From Parcubacteria group bacterium (GTDB taxonomy: Bacteria; Patescibacteriota; Minisyncoccia; SW-4-49-11): 64,000 bases of DNA. The stretch spans positions 68,046 to 132,045 of the forward strand of contig CALRBF010000001.1 of the NCBI GenBank assembly GCA_943354045.1, read 5' to 3'. The notes beneath the pieces were generated by a model. The model was not told where the DNA came from, did no database searches, and saw only the letters and a program-made list of their open reading frames with translations. Made by a program: the position numbers and the translations under genes. Shown here one piece after another: positions 36,002 through 46,885 of this stretch (positions are counted from its first letter, which is position 1; every line of letters begins with the position of its first letter).

Positions 36002-38062
36002 TCAAATAATATCATTATCTTGTAATTCTTTTTCTGTAATAATCGCAATACCTAATTTTTTTGCTTTTGCAAGTTTACTCCCAGCATCGAGCCCCACTAT
36101 TAATATATCAGTTTTTGAACTTATCTGAGAACCTACAATACCTCCCTGTTCTTCAATAATTGCCTGCAATTCTTTACGAGAAATACTAGTAAATGTTCCG
36201 GTAATACAAATAATTTTATTATTCCATTTCCCTTGTTTTACTGTTTCATATTCAATATGAATACCAGATTCAATAAGACGAGATATGATATCGATATTAT
36301 GAGTATTATGAAAGAACTCAATAATAGACTGCGATACTTTATCCCCAATATCTGGAATATTTTGTAATTCTTCAATTGTAGTTATCAGTAAATCATCTAA
36401 TGATTTGAAAGTACGAGATAATTGTAGCGCTGTTTGACTACCAACCATTGGGATACCAAGAGCCTGAATAAATCGCCTAAAAGAAATATGCTTAGCATTC
36501 TGAATACTGGTAAACAAATTATGGGCAGATTTTTCGCCAAAACCAGCAGTGATACGAATATCATCTAAAGTTAATGTAAATATATCATTAATATGTTGTA
36601 ATAATCCTGCCTCTTGCAGGCGAATTAATAATTTTTCACTAAGTCCCACAATATGAAACCCCTCTGCTGATACTGCATAAGACAAATATCCAATATTGCG
36701 CGCAGGACATTTGGTATTTGGACAATATCTATTCACTTGATTCTCTTGTTGCATAAGAGGGGTATCACATTCAGGGCAATTTTCTGGATATTGATATTCA
36801 GTCTCTACCCCTATTCTAAGCTCTGGTAATACTTTTACAATTTCAGGTATTACATCTCCTGCTCGCCTAATAATAACGGTATCTCCAATTTTTAAATCTA
36901 ATCTTGCAATTTCATCTTGATTATGAAGAGTTGCCCTCGTCACAATAACACCATATACATTAACTGGCTTCATAATTGCAACAGGAGTTACCTTCCCCGA
37001 TCTTCCCACCTGAGAAATAATATCAACTACTTGAGTTGTCACCTCCTCAGCGGGGAATTTGTAGGCAATCATAAATCGAGGTCCCTTACCCGTAAATCCT
37101 AATTGATCTTGTATATTCTTATCATTCACTTTGACCACCATTCCATCATAAGCAAAATCAATCCCCTCTCTGAGAGAATATACCTGTTTATAATATGCTT
37201 GTACCTCTTGTATATTGGATACTAATATATTTTCTTTAACCACCGGGAAACCTAAAGTCTTCAAAATCCAGTATTCCTCTTGTTGTGTTTGTTGTCCTAA
37301 ATCAGTAATAAGCCCCCAAGCAAAAAAACTAAGCCCCCTACTCGCCGCAATACTACTATCTAATTGCCTGATTGACCCTGCGGCTAAATTTCGGGTATTA
37401 GCATATTCAGACTGACCATTTGTTTTTAATTCTCTATTCAATTTCTGTAATTGAGAGTCCCTCATATAGACTTCCCCCCTCACCTCACAACTGCCCTGCC
37501 ATTTTGATTGAAATCTCTCTGCTAAATCTGCATTATGAGATTTTAATTGTTGTATATTATCCTCTGTAATTGATAGGTCAAGAGGAATATCTTGAATAGT
37601 ACGAATATTATGACTAATATTCTCCCCCTCTCTCCCATTACCTCTGGTTAATCCCTGTACAAATTCTAAATTTTTATAAGTAAGGCTTACCGCAAGTCCA
37701 TCTAATTTTAATTCTACAAAATATTGCCAATTATCATTATGAGATATAATACCCTTATTTCTGTGCTCCCATTGATATAATTCCTCTTCATCAAATACAT
37801 CATTGAGGGATATCATCGGGACTTGATGAGTAATTTTCTCAAATTGACTTAATACTTCCCCACCCACTCTTTGTGTTGGGGAATCAGGAGTAATAAGTTC
37901 TGGATATTCTGTCTCTAATTTTGATAATTCATGCATCAAACTATCCAATACCCCTCCCGAAATAGTAGATTTATCATTAATATGATAGTTAGACCGATGA
38001 TATTGAATTTCTTTTCTTAGTTTCTCTACTCTCTTTCTTGCCTCTGCTATCATATATATCAA
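36002..38062 (-). CDS. ligA: NAD-dependent DNA ligase
   Basis: The adenylation KxDG motif is KLDGLAVSL. Also present are EYPELITPDSPTQRVGG, a Zn-finger cysteine cluster (CPECDTP...CPNTKC), HhH motifs and a C-terminal BRCT domain. Confidence 0.95.
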   Translation of the reverse strand: MIYMIAEARKRVEKLRKEIQYHRSNYHINDKSTISGGVLDSLMHELSKLETEYPELITPDSPTQRVGGEVLSQFEKITHQVPMISLNDVFDEEELYQWEHRNKGIISHNDNWQYFVELKLDGLAVSLTYKNLEFVQGLTRGNGREGENISHNIRTIQDIPLDLSITEDNIQQLKSHNADLAERFQSKWQGSCEVRGEVYMRDSQLQKLNRELKTNGQSEYANTRNLAAGSIRQLDSSIAASRGLSFFAWGLITDLGQQTQQEEYWILKTLGFPVVKENILVSNIQEVQAYYKQVYSLREGIDFAYDGMVVKVNDKNIQDQLGFTGKGPRFMIAYKFPAEEVTTQVVDIISQVGRSGKVTPVAIMKPVNVYGVIVTRATLHNQDEIARLDLKIGDTVIIRRAGDVIPEIVKVLPELRIGVETEYQYPENCPECDTPLMQQENQVNRYCPNTKCPARNIGYLSYAVSAEGFHIVGLSEKLLIRLQEAGLLQHINDIFTLTLDDIRITAGFGEKSAHNLFTSIQNAKHISFRRFIQALGIPMVGSQTALQLSRTFKSLDDLLITTIEELQNIPDIGDKVSQSIIEFFHNTHNIDIISRLIESGIHIEYETVKQGKWNNKIICITGTFTSISRKELQAIIEEQGGIVGSQISSKTDILIVGLDAGSKLAKAKKLGIAIITEKELQDNDII

Positions 38063-38544
38063 TCCGTAAATTGCTGTTCTAATGTCCTCTCTATAATAGT
38101 ATTATCCCTAACTACTCTTCCTTTAGAAATAATAAGAGGTTTTGTTGGAGGAATTGCTGCAGGATTACCTACTTGGAATTCTACTCTATATTGAATAGAT
38201 GAGCCACCTATACTAGATAATACAATCCATTTCCCTGTACTATCGACTTCTGCAATCGGTGCTTTACCATTAGGCCAATTTTGCCAAGATCCATTAATTA
38301 TACTTCCAGTAGGGGATGTAGTAAGAGCAACATCCCCTGTTTGTGCCAGTCGATATTCCCACGCATCAATACCAGTATTAGCTGCCTGTATTGCCTGTTG
38401 TGAATACAGATTTTCTCGAGAGATGCGAGATTCAACTGTGATTTTTTGTGATAAGGCAAGTAATAATATCAACATAACTGCTGATACAATAATAGTAACA
38501 AATAGGGTAATATCTCCTCTATATTGTTTTAGAATAGATTTCAT
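38059..38544 (-). CDS. PilX-like minor pilus assembly protein
   Basis: An N-terminal transmembrane helix is followed by the PilX_N-like pattern QQAIQAANTGIDAW. It is the last gene of the pilus block, and its stop overlaps the ligA start. Confidence 0.4.
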   Translation of the reverse strand: MKSILKQYRGDITLFVTIIVSAVMLILLLALSQKITVESRISRENLYSQQAIQAANTGIDAWEYRLAQTGDVALTTSPTGSIINGSWQNWPNGKAPIAEVDSTGKWIVLSSIGGSSIQYRVEFQVGNPAAIPPTKPLIISKGRVVRDNTIIERTLEQQFTD

Positions 38545-38550
38545 AGTATA

Positions 38551-39045
38551 TTAATTATTTCGTGGCATTGTGGTTGATTGCATAGTAACGATATCTTTAT
38601 CATCTACAGATTTAGCGGTAATCACTACAGTCACTATAGTTCCTGGGCTATTATTATTTACTGAACCACCATCCCCAGCCTTAATAAAAAAGCTAAGGTC
38701 CTCAACGGTAAATACACTGGAGTCAGTATATGCGATATAGAACACACCATTATCTACTGACTTCCTAATAATATTGCCATCTTTTTTATATACTACACCT
38801 GCCCCCTCCTGATCTATAAATGTAAGAGTACCTGTTGATGCATCTATCCTAAGATCAGATGAAGTTCTCAACTCTTTATCTATCACATTCAAAATAAATT
38901 GCAAATTATCTCTTACATTATCACTTTGCTGAGACTCTCTTTGATATTTAATAATATTAGTTATAGGCTGTGCTACTACAAGTATAATAATAGATAATAT
39001 CCCTATTACCACCGTAAGTTCTGCTATCGTAAATCCTTTTTTCAT
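38551..39045 (-). CDS. Type IV pilin-like (pseudopilin/minor pilin) protein
   Basis: The class III prepilin signal is MKKGFTIAELTVVIGILSIII (a G/FTxxE cleavage-methylation motif). Confidence 0.6.
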   Translation of the reverse strand: MKKGFTIAELTVVIGILSIIILVVAQPITNIIKYQRESQQSDNVRDNLQFILNVIDKELRTSSDLRIDASTGTLTFIDQEGAGVVYKKDGNIIRKSVDNGVFYIAYTDSSVFTVEDLSFFIKAGDGGSVNNNSPGTIVTVVITAKSVDDKDIVTMQSTTMPRNN

Positions 39046-39219
39046 ATTTATATTTTATATATAATAATTATACTGTATATTCATAATTATAGCAACTTCA
39101 GATTAATTGATTCAAGGACATATATTGAAATATGAGTATTATAAAAAATTTATTATATTATTATATCTTGCACCTGAGTCGCTACAACCACTTCTATTAA
39201 CAGATTTTATAAAAACATA

Positions 39220-39741
39220 TTAAGGAGCGCTATTCAAAAATGTATTAAACAATTCCATATTTGCTGAATATATTTTTGTTTTATTATTGAGTCTTGGGTT
39301 ATTCACTATAACGGTACTTGTTACGGTAATTTTATCAGTAGCATTAAGAACCGTAATATATCGATATAATATATTTGATGCTGGGTCTAATTGATAGCCT
39401 CCAGATACTGTGGGTGTTAATGCATAACTTGAATCAGGGACAAAATTAGATACTATAGAAGCTGGATTACTTAATCCAGCTTCTATATCAGCTTTATAAT
39501 CTACTCGATATATACCATCTGCCAGTCCCGCATTCCATGTCCCTGTATCATTAAGATTACTTTCATATATTGCCCTTACTATTTCTAAGCCCTCTGACAT
39601 TAATAAATTAGCAGTATTGTCATATTGGCTATTATATTTAGCTTTAATAATACCTGCCTGTAAATCTAAAAGTGCTATAAAGGAAATTGACAATATCATT
39701 GTTGCTACTATTGCTCCTACTAATGTTGCTCCTCTTTTCAT
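39220..39741 (-). CDS. Pilin-like protein with a degenerate prepilin signal
   Basis: The N-terminus MKRGATLVGAIVATMILSISFIALL is pilin-like but lacks the Glu at position +5. Confidence 0.35.
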   Translation of the reverse strand: MKRGATLVGAIVATMILSISFIALLDLQAGIIKAKYNSQYDNTANLLMSEGLEIVRAIYESNLNDTGTWNAGLADGIYRVDYKADIEAGLSNPASIVSNFVPDSSYALTPTVSGGYQLDPASNILYRYITVLNATDKITVTSTVIVNNPRLNNKTKIYSANMELFNTFLNSAP

Positions 39742-39971
39742 ATTTATATTTTATATATCTTTTAGTATATCATGTGTTACTATCTATTACTATCCTCTAT
39801 GTCTACGATGTATTTCATCTTATTCATTGTATTTCAATATAATAACGGATACCATTCCTATTGTTAATAAAACTACAGCCCTCCCATACTATATAAAAAC
39901 GAATTTATCCTCGATAATATTAATGCCTAAATCCTATCCTTAGTGTTGCTGGTAAAATAGGGATGACAGTT

Positions 39972-40856
39972 TTAATTGATAACACACCCAGCTGCATTCG
40001 CCATATTATAGACATCAGCACTACTTACATATTTTGTTTCTCCCACCCCAGCTGTACCACCCGATCCAGCTGCACCACCAGTTGCATAAAGGATCCCCTC
40101 ATATGTTGCGTACACATCCGGTTTAACGGGACCATCAACAATGCCTGCATTACTTCCGCACATATTTCCGCTGGAAAGAAAAGTATTGTTAATCCTACCA
40201 GTTCCTGTGTCAGCCTGTAAAGTTATAGATGTATTACCATCTTTGGTGATTTTCAATGCCGCCGCACCATCTCGATAACAATCCCCACCCGAACAATACC
40301 AAGTTACTCCCCATGGTGTCTCATACCTAAAATCAATGGAAAGTGGTGATAATGGGGTTGATTCTACTTGAATTAATCCAGAATCTTTTGTAACAGTGAT
40401 TGTTTTTTCCACCACTCCTGATCCTGTCAATTCTAATTGTATTGATTGTGCTGTGGATCTATTATTAGCAAAAGGTAATCCGAATTCAAATTTCCCTCCC
40501 GACTTAAATGTAGCACTTTGTAATACTATGTCTGCACCATAATAAGAGAGAGGAGTAGTAGTAGTACATGCCCCTGACTGCTCCACAACATAATAACTTC
40601 TAATTGTCTTTGGTGCAGTTACCTCCACCCCCATAGCACAAAGCTTATCATCAATTCCTATTCCAGTTAAATCACTTCGAGAAGGAGATAAAGCTCTATT
40701 CTGAGCTTGTCTAATAGCAGAAGTCACTGTTATTACATCTGACTTTAATTGTGCGCTACGCTGAGCAGTAACATAAGTCTGTATACCAATAACAGATAAT
40801 ATGGTGATAATGGAGATGGATACGATTAATTCTGCTAATGTAAATCCTTTTTTCAT
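39972..40856 (-). CDS. Type IV pilin (large, 294 aa) with an N-terminal prepilin signal
   Basis: Signal MKKGFTLAELIVSISIITILSVIG. The C-terminal globular region contains Cys pairs. Confidence 0.6.
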   Translation of the reverse strand: MKKGFTLAELIVSISIITILSVIGIQTYVTAQRSAQLKSDVITVTSAIRQAQNRALSPSRSDLTGIGIDDKLCAMGVEVTAPKTIRSYYVVEQSGACTTTTPLSYYGADIVLQSATFKSGGKFEFGLPFANNRSTAQSIQLELTGSGVVEKTITVTKDSGLIQVESTPLSPLSIDFRYETPWGVTWYCSGGDCYRDGAAALKITKDGNTSITLQADTGTGRINNTFLSSGNMCGSNAGIVDGPVKPDVYATYEGILYATGGAAGSGGTAGVGETKYVSSADVYNMANAAGCVIN

Positions 40857-41689
40857 TTTGATATATTATATATAATCCAATAATACCATATATTAGTACT
40901 TGGAACAAGCTGTACTTGAATTAAGGTATATATTATTACAAATGAAAGTATAATACTTGGTCCAAAAGCAATTTTTTGCTTGAGAGAAGAATTCCGATTC
41001 ATAAGCATTACAATTATGCCCCATATCATTCCTATCAAGAATGACCCAAAGAAAAATGGGACAAACCACATTAAGGGGATAAATAATCCCAATCCCGCAA
41101 ATAATTCCACATCCCCCCAACCTATACCTTGCTTTTTGGTAATAATATACAAGAATAATACAATACCAGCACTTAATAAAGCGGTAATAAGAGAATCTGG
41201 CATAATACGAGTTTGATAATACTCTAGACAGAAATATATTAGTCCCAATATTTGTATAGCACGTAGCTGAATTACGGAAATTAATTGATACTGCAAATCA
41301 TATACAAAGACAATAATAAGTTGAGTTATAAGAATATATATAATAAGCCCTCGTATATATTGTATTGGAGTAAATGTATACAGAGATATTAAATCCGGAA
41401 TATACAAATAAGCAAATCCTGTAAACAGTATCGCTGTTAATAATTCAACCAGAGGATATTGAAGAGATAGCTTCACTTCACATTCTCTACATCTACCTCT
41501 CTGTATAATATAAGAGAATAATGGTATCAGCTCATACCATTCAAGAGTATGATGACAACTCATACATTCTGATCTACCATTCCAGAATTTTTTCTCGGTA
41601 GTCATCCTGAATAATACCACATTCAAAAAACTCCCAATCCCAAGACCTAAAATAAATATTATTCCTAATATATAATATATTGCATCCAT
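40853..41689 (-). CDS. pilD: Prepilin peptidase (A24 family)
   Basis: Eight transmembrane helices are predicted. A cytoplasmic tetra-Cys zinc motif (CMSCHH...CRECEVK) is present. The catalytic region is GIGWGDVELFAGLGLF. Confidence 0.85.
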   Translation of the reverse strand: MDAIYYILGIIFILGLGIGSFLNVVLFRMTTEKKFWNGRSECMSCHHTLEWYELIPLFSYIIQRGRCRECEVKLSLQYPLVELLTAILFTGFAYLYIPDLISLYTFTPIQYIRGLIIYILITQLIIVFVYDLQYQLISVIQLRAIQILGLIYFCLEYYQTRIMPDSLITALLSAGIVLFLYIITKKQGIGWGDVELFAGLGLFIPLMWFVPFFFGSFLIGMIWGIIVMLMNRNSSLKQKIAFGPSIILSFVIIYTLIQVQLVPSTNIWYYWIIYNISK

Positions 41690-41780
41690 ATTATTCTATT
41701 TATCTGTATACACAATATATTCCAATTATTTTGATAGATAAAAGATTAAACAATCTTTTATCTATACAAAGTAATTTGAA

Positions 41781-42191
41781 TTATGGACACTGAGTTGCTG
41801 TATCAAGTACTATAAATGCAGCCGTATATGTTCTTGATTGTCCAGAACTATCTACACACCAACCTGCATAATCTGTTCCTGTTCTTCCATTATTTGCACC
41901 TACTACATAAGTATCATTAGTTGTTGTATCTGCTTGGGCGGTACCTCCATTACTGGAGATACTGGTTCTAATACTATCGAAGGCTTTATTACCAAATACA
42001 GGATAGTTAAGACCAGTTGCTGACAACTCCATTTGACTTTTAACTTGTGAAACAGCAGCTTGAATAGCTACGTTTCTAGCTCGTTGTCGAGCTGTGCTAA
42101 CATTTACCAATACCACTGCTGCTAAGATACCAATAATAGCAATAACAACCAAAAGCTCAATGAGTGTAAATCCTTTTTGTAACTGTTTCAT
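41781..42191 (-). CDS. pilA: Type IVa major pilin
   Basis: The N-terminus MKQLQKGFTLIELLVVIAIIGILAAVVLV is canonical. The C-terminal disulfide pair is C...C. Confidence 0.8.
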   Translation of the reverse strand: MKQLQKGFTLIELLVVIAIIGILAAVVLVNVSTARQRARNVAIQAAVSQVKSQMELSATGLNYPVFGNKAFDSIRTSISSNGGTAQADTTTNDTYVVGANNGRTGTDYAGWCVDSSGQSRTYTAAFIVLDTATQCP

Positions 42192-42232
42192 TTGTTTACA
42201 CCCCCTTTCTGTATATATTTCATATATATATA

Positions 42233-43450
42233 TTAAATTGAACCTGCTATATTGTAAACAGGAAGCAATATAGATACTACAAATATTGCAACACCAATTC
42301 CGAGAGTCACTATCATAACCGGTTCTACTAATATGGTTAAATTATTTACTACATTATCTACTTCTTTTTTATAAAATCGTGATAATGTATCTAATACAGA
42401 GGTAATTTTACCTGTTTTCTCCCCCACAGATATGATTTGAGATGCAACATAAGGAAATTCCTTATGCCGCAAAAGAGCTGTAGATAATTGTCCCCCACCT
42501 TTTATAGAATTAATTGCATCCTGAATAATATTCCTAAATACAAGATTCCCCACTACTACGGAACTAATTTCAAGAGCCGTAATAATAGGAACTCCTCCTT
42601 GCAATAAAGTTTTCATATTAGATGCAAAACGGGTTACATATAATTTGGTAAATAAAGACCCAAAAATTGGTAATCTTAATTTCCATTTATCTGACCATCT
42701 TACACCCCCCTCTGTACGAATAAATAATATAAATCCTCCTATTAGGAGTATAAATCCTCCTAATATAAACCATACATATTGTTGTAATATTTCAGATCCA
42801 AGAATAATGAGTTGTGTTGTCCAAGGTAATTGCACATCTGTCCCTAAATCATTAAGAACTTGTACTAATTGTGGTAGGACAAAATATGCGATACCAAGTC
42901 CAATAACAAAAAACACTAATAATACAAATACCGGATAAGCTAAAGCCCCTTTAATTTTATTATTTAAGTCATATTGTCCTTCTAGATAATTTGCCATATA
43001 TAAAAAAGATTCCTGTAATCCCCCCGCAGCCTCTCCAGACCTTGCCATAGAAACATATAATTGACTAAATACTTTTGGATGCTTCGCCATTGCCTCAGAT
43101 AGCAAATTACCATCCTGTACATCAGCTATTAGCTGATCTAATACTACCGTAAAATATTTATTTTTCTTATTCTGTTCCCGTATTAACGATAAAGCCTCCA
43201 CAAGAGGAATTTGCACCTCCAAAAATGTAGCTAATATACGAGAGAATACTACTAATTCTCTATCTGATACTCTATTGAATATTTCTAAATCTTGTTTAAA
43301 AACAGATTGTTGATTTGTATTTTTAAGAGAAATAATAATGAGACCTTTTGACTGTAAATCTGTAATAGCAATATCTTCATTAGGAGCTGTTATAAAACCT
43401 TGTATAGTACTCCCACTTTGTGATTTTGCTAAGTAACTAAATTTTAACAT
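42233..43450 (-). CDS. pilC: Type IV pilus inner-membrane platform protein (GspF family)
   Basis: Two GspF repeats with 3 transmembrane helices are present. The length and N-terminus are typical of PilC. Confidence 0.85.
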   Translation of the reverse strand: MLKFSYLAKSQSGSTIQGFITAPNEDIAITDLQSKGLIIISLKNTNQQSVFKQDLEIFNRVSDRELVVFSRILATFLEVQIPLVEALSLIREQNKKNKYFTVVLDQLIADVQDGNLLSEAMAKHPKVFSQLYVSMARSGEAAGGLQESFLYMANYLEGQYDLNNKIKGALAYPVFVLLVFFVIGLGIAYFVLPQLVQVLNDLGTDVQLPWTTQLIILGSEILQQYVWFILGGFILLIGGFILFIRTEGGVRWSDKWKLRLPIFGSLFTKLYVTRFASNMKTLLQGGVPIITALEISSVVVGNLVFRNIIQDAINSIKGGGQLSTALLRHKEFPYVASQIISVGEKTGKITSVLDTLSRFYKKEVDNVVNNLTILVEPVMIVTLGIGVAIFVVSILLPVYNIAGSI

Positions 43451-43462
43451 ATATATAATCTA

Positions 43463-44536
43463 TTATGATGTTGACCTTTTTAACATATTTCTAAGATTTA
43501 TTGGGTCTGGAGAGTATAATAATGCTGTTTCAAAAGAAACAATTCCTGTTCTTATGAGATCAAATAATGATAAATTCATAGACACCATACCCTCTTTACG
43601 ATGAGTTTCTATCACAGTATCTAATTGATATATTCGATTTTCTCGAATAAGACTTTTTACCGCATTATTGGCTAGTAAAATTTCAAGAGCTGGAGTAAGA
43701 TCTCCATTTACGGTCGGAATCAGTCTCTGAGAAATTACAGCCTGTAATGAATTAGATATTTGAGATCTTACTTGTCCTTGTTGATGAGTAGGAAATGTAT
43801 CAATAACTCTATCTATAGATTGAGAAGCGCTATTAGTATGCAAAGTTGAAAACACTAAATGCCCTGTCTCAGCAGCAGTAACTGCAACTTGCACGGTATT
43901 TAAATCTCTCATTTCCCCAAGGAGAATGACATCTATATCCTGACGAAATGATGATTCAAGAGCATTCGTAAAGCTATTGGTATCATATCCAACCTCTCTT
44001 TGAGTAATAATACTTTTATCAGAACTATATATAAACTCAATTGGATCTTCAATGGTAACAATTTTTACATCTCTTGTATGATTGATCTCATTGATAATAG
44101 AGGCTAATGTAGTAGATTTTCCTGAACCTGTAGGACCTGTAACTAGTACTAATCCTTGCATTAGTTGAGAAAATTGATGCATTATGGATGGCAACCCTAA
44201 TTGTTCAAATGTTAAAATTGCTGGTGGCAAATATCTCATTACCAAATTAGGATTAGCTTGAGCTATAAAGGCATTTACACGAAATCGAGCATTAAGCTCA
44301 AGAAATGTATATGCAAAATCTTGCTCTTCTCCCTGATACAATGCCATTAACTGATCTTCTCTTAGAATATATTTTAACAATTCATCAAGAGATTCTTTTG
44401 TTAAAACAGGCTGATCCTCTAGAGTAACTAATCTATTCTTAACTCTTAATACAGGCTTAATTCCTGTACTAAGATGTATATCAGATCCTTTTGCATTTAC
44501 TATTTGTGTTATTATTGTACTAAGGTTTATCAACAT
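43463..44536 (-). CDS. pilT: Type IV pilus retraction ATPase
   Basis: The Walker A is LVTGPTGSGKSTT, the Asp box is VKIVTIEDPIEF and the His box is HLVFSTLHTN. The 357-aa size is typical of PilT. Confidence 0.85.
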   Translation of the reverse strand: MLINLSTIITQIVNAKGSDIHLSTGIKPVLRVKNRLVTLEDQPVLTKESLDELLKYILREDQLMALYQGEEQDFAYTFLELNARFRVNAFIAQANPNLVMRYLPPAILTFEQLGLPSIMHQFSQLMQGLVLVTGPTGSGKSTTLASIINEINHTRDVKIVTIEDPIEFIYSSDKSIITQREVGYDTNSFTNALESSFRQDIDVILLGEMRDLNTVQVAVTAAETGHLVFSTLHTNSASQSIDRVIDTFPTHQQGQVRSQISNSLQAVISQRLIPTVNGDLTPALEILLANNAVKSLIRENRIYQLDTVIETHRKEGMVSMNLSLFDLIRTGIVSFETALLYSPDPINLRNMLKRSTS

Positions 44537-44541
44537 ATTTT

Positions 44542-44928
44542 TTATATTTTAGATATTGATAAATACTTTTGCACTATACGCATTACCTCAGTAGGAGTAT
44601 AGTTTGACTTCACAATACAATCAACCGCACCTAATTCGAAAGCTTGATTAATATCAGCTTGTGAAGACAAATTACTTAATACTACAACTGGAATATTTTT
44701 TAGATCAGATTCTTTTTTCACCCATTTCAACACATCAAATCCACTCACATCGGGAAGTATAAGATCAAGAAGAATTAAACTAATTTGTTTGCTATTTTTA
44801 CTAAGAATATCTTTAACCTCCGCATGATTAGCAGCAGTAAAGACACCGTAGCCTAATTCATCAATTTTCATAGCATACATCTGTGTAATAAAACTATCAT
44901 CCTCAATCAATAATATTTGATTTTTCAT
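44542..44928 (-). CDS. Single-domain response regulator (CheY-like receiver)
   Basis: Receiver-domain signatures are ILLIEDD...LILLDLILPDVSGFDVLKWV...VVVLSN...K. It sits between pilB and pilT. Confidence 0.75.
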   Translation of the reverse strand: MKNQILLIEDDSFITQMYAMKIDELGYGVFTAANHAEVKDILSKNSKQISLILLDLILPDVSGFDVLKWVKKESDLKNIPVVVLSNLSSQADINQAFELGAVDCIVKSNYTPTEVMRIVQKYLSISKI

Positions 44929-44983
44929 ATATATTTATTTACTCTTATTCTATATTGATAATATCATATGTTTATTATTTTGC

Positions 44984-46699
44984 CTATACCTCTATGGTTG
45001 TTAATAACTCAGGCAAAGAAAGATATCCTTGCAATACCTTGAATATTCCATCTTGTTTTAAGGTAATATAATTATTGGCTCGAAGATATTCAAAAACTTC
45101 TTTTTCATTGAATTTTTTTTCTACAATCGCCTGTAACTCTGGAGTCATGACTACTACTTCAAAAATAGACATTCTCCCCTTGAACCCATTACTACATTTA
45201 GGACATCCAACTGGAGTATATATTGAGTCATAGCCACCAGTATATATTTCCTGTATACAATCATTACTCAATGAAGCAATAGCTTCTTGAATATATTCTT
45301 TTTCTTTTCCTTCCAAAGGCACTTCTTTTTTACAATATTGACATAGTTTTCTTACTAATCGCTGAGCAATAACTATTTGAAGCGATGCAGAAAGTAAAAA
45401 TGGTTCAACTCCCATATCAATAAGACGAGGTAATGCTCCTGGAGCATCATTAGTATGCAATGTTGAGAATACAATATGTCCTGTCAAAGCTGACTGTACC
45501 GCTAGCCCCGCTGTTTCACCATCTCGGATTTCTCCTACCATAATAACATCTGGATCCTGCCTCAAAATTGATCTAAGTCCAGAAGCAAAAGTATAATTTA
45601 TTTCTGGCTTTACCTGAGACTGATTAACTCCAGATAAATAGTATTCTATTGGATCCTCTAATGTCACAATATTAATATCATCCGTATTAATTTGTGATAA
45701 CAGAGTATAAACTGTTGTTGATTTACCCGATCCCGTTGGTCCTGTTAATAGAATCATACCAAATGGTTTTTTGATTGCTTCTTGAATCAAGTCTACTCGA
45801 GGACCAATAAATCCTAATTGCTCTAATGATCTAACACCGCCCGAAGTATCTAAAATTCTCAATACTACCTTTTCTCCATATTGGGTAGGGAAAGTCGATA
45901 CACGAAAATCTACTTTTTTATCTTTATCTAAAATAGAAAATCTTCCATCCTGGGGCTTTCTTTGCTCATCAATTTTGAGATTTGATAAAATTTTAATACG
46001 AGCAACAATGGGAGAATAGGCTTCTTTTGGTAAAATCAAACTAGTATGTAATACTCCATCTACACGAAATCTTACCCGTACTGATTCATCAGTTCCTTCA
46101 ATATGTATATCTGATGCTCCCCCTTCTACGGCATTTTTAATAATAACAGATACAATTTTGATAATAGGAGCACTTTCTAAATTTTTTGTTGTAATACCTG
46201 TGGTATCTGGGAGTATTTGTTCTGCTTTATTTTTTTGATGAAATTCCTCAAGATTTTCTGTAACTGCATTTTTTAAATTCTCTGCCTTTTTAAGAGCCTT
46301 TTTAATATCTGATTCTATTGCAACAAATAACTCAAAGGATAATTTTTTTTCTTGAAAAATAAACTTAATAGCTTGTACAGCAGTATAATTTTGTGGGTCA
46401 GCAATAGCGATAGAAATAGTATTATTTTCTTGTGCAAAAGGAATTAAGGTATATCTTTTCATAATATTAATCGAAAAAATATCATACAATTCTTTTGGTA
46501 TACTAATATTCTCTAAATCTATAAATTCTAATCCCAAAATCTGAGCATTTACTGTTATTAATTCTTTTTCCGTAAAATTTTTCTCGAGAAAGGCTTTAAT
46601 TTCTGATTCTGGGATAGTATCAAAAGAAGATATAGCCTTAAACTTATCAGGGAACTCATTTTTTAATAGTTCAAATGTTTTTTTTAAATCTAACTGCAT
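44984..46699 (-). CDS. pilB: Type IV pilus assembly ATPase (GspE family)
   Basis: An N-terminal GSPII_E_N domain is present. The Walker A is ILLTGPTGSGKSTT, and a tetracysteine motif (CQYCKK...CPKC) is present. The start was set at MQLDL (ATG at 46699) so that it does not overlap the upstream small ORF. Confidence 0.9.
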   Translation of the reverse strand: MQLDLKKTFELLKNEFPDKFKAISSFDTIPESEIKAFLEKNFTEKELITVNAQILGLEFIDLENISIPKELYDIFSINIMKRYTLIPFAQENNTISIAIADPQNYTAVQAIKFIFQEKKLSFELFVAIESDIKKALKKAENLKNAVTENLEEFHQKNKAEQILPDTTGITTKNLESAPIIKIVSVIIKNAVEGGASDIHIEGTDESVRVRFRVDGVLHTSLILPKEAYSPIVARIKILSNLKIDEQRKPQDGRFSILDKDKKVDFRVSTFPTQYGEKVVLRILDTSGGVRSLEQLGFIGPRVDLIQEAIKKPFGMILLTGPTGSGKSTTVYTLLSQINTDDINIVTLEDPIEYYLSGVNQSQVKPEINYTFASGLRSILRQDPDVIMVGEIRDGETAGLAVQSALTGHIVFSTLHTNDAPGALPRLIDMGVEPFLLSASLQIVIAQRLVRKLCQYCKKEVPLEGKEKEYIQEAIASLSNDCIQEIYTGGYDSIYTPVGCPKCSNGFKGRMSIFEVVVMTPELQAIVEKKFNEKEVFEYLRANNYITLKQDGIFKVLQGYLSLPELLTTIEV

Positions 46700-46700
46700 A

Positions 46701-46883
46701 TTATAACTTAAAATAACTACTAATAGTATCAAAGCTAGGTGCTACTATATCGGTATCCCCAACAGATATATGATTTAATATAATAGCAAATATTTGATAT
46801 CCAAAATAGCCTACAGCTATAATACTAACTGATACTATAATGAATTTGTGATACCTTTCAATAATTTGAGATATATTTTTCAT
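46701..46883 (-). CDS. Small membrane protein within the pilus operon
   Basis: 60-aa ORF with one transmembrane helix (FIIVSVSIIAVGYFGYQIFAIIL). Confidence 0.3.
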   Translation of the reverse strand: MKNISQIIERYHKFIIVSVSIIAVGYFGYQIFAIILNHISVGDTDIVAPSFDTISSYFKL

Positions 46884-46885
46884 AT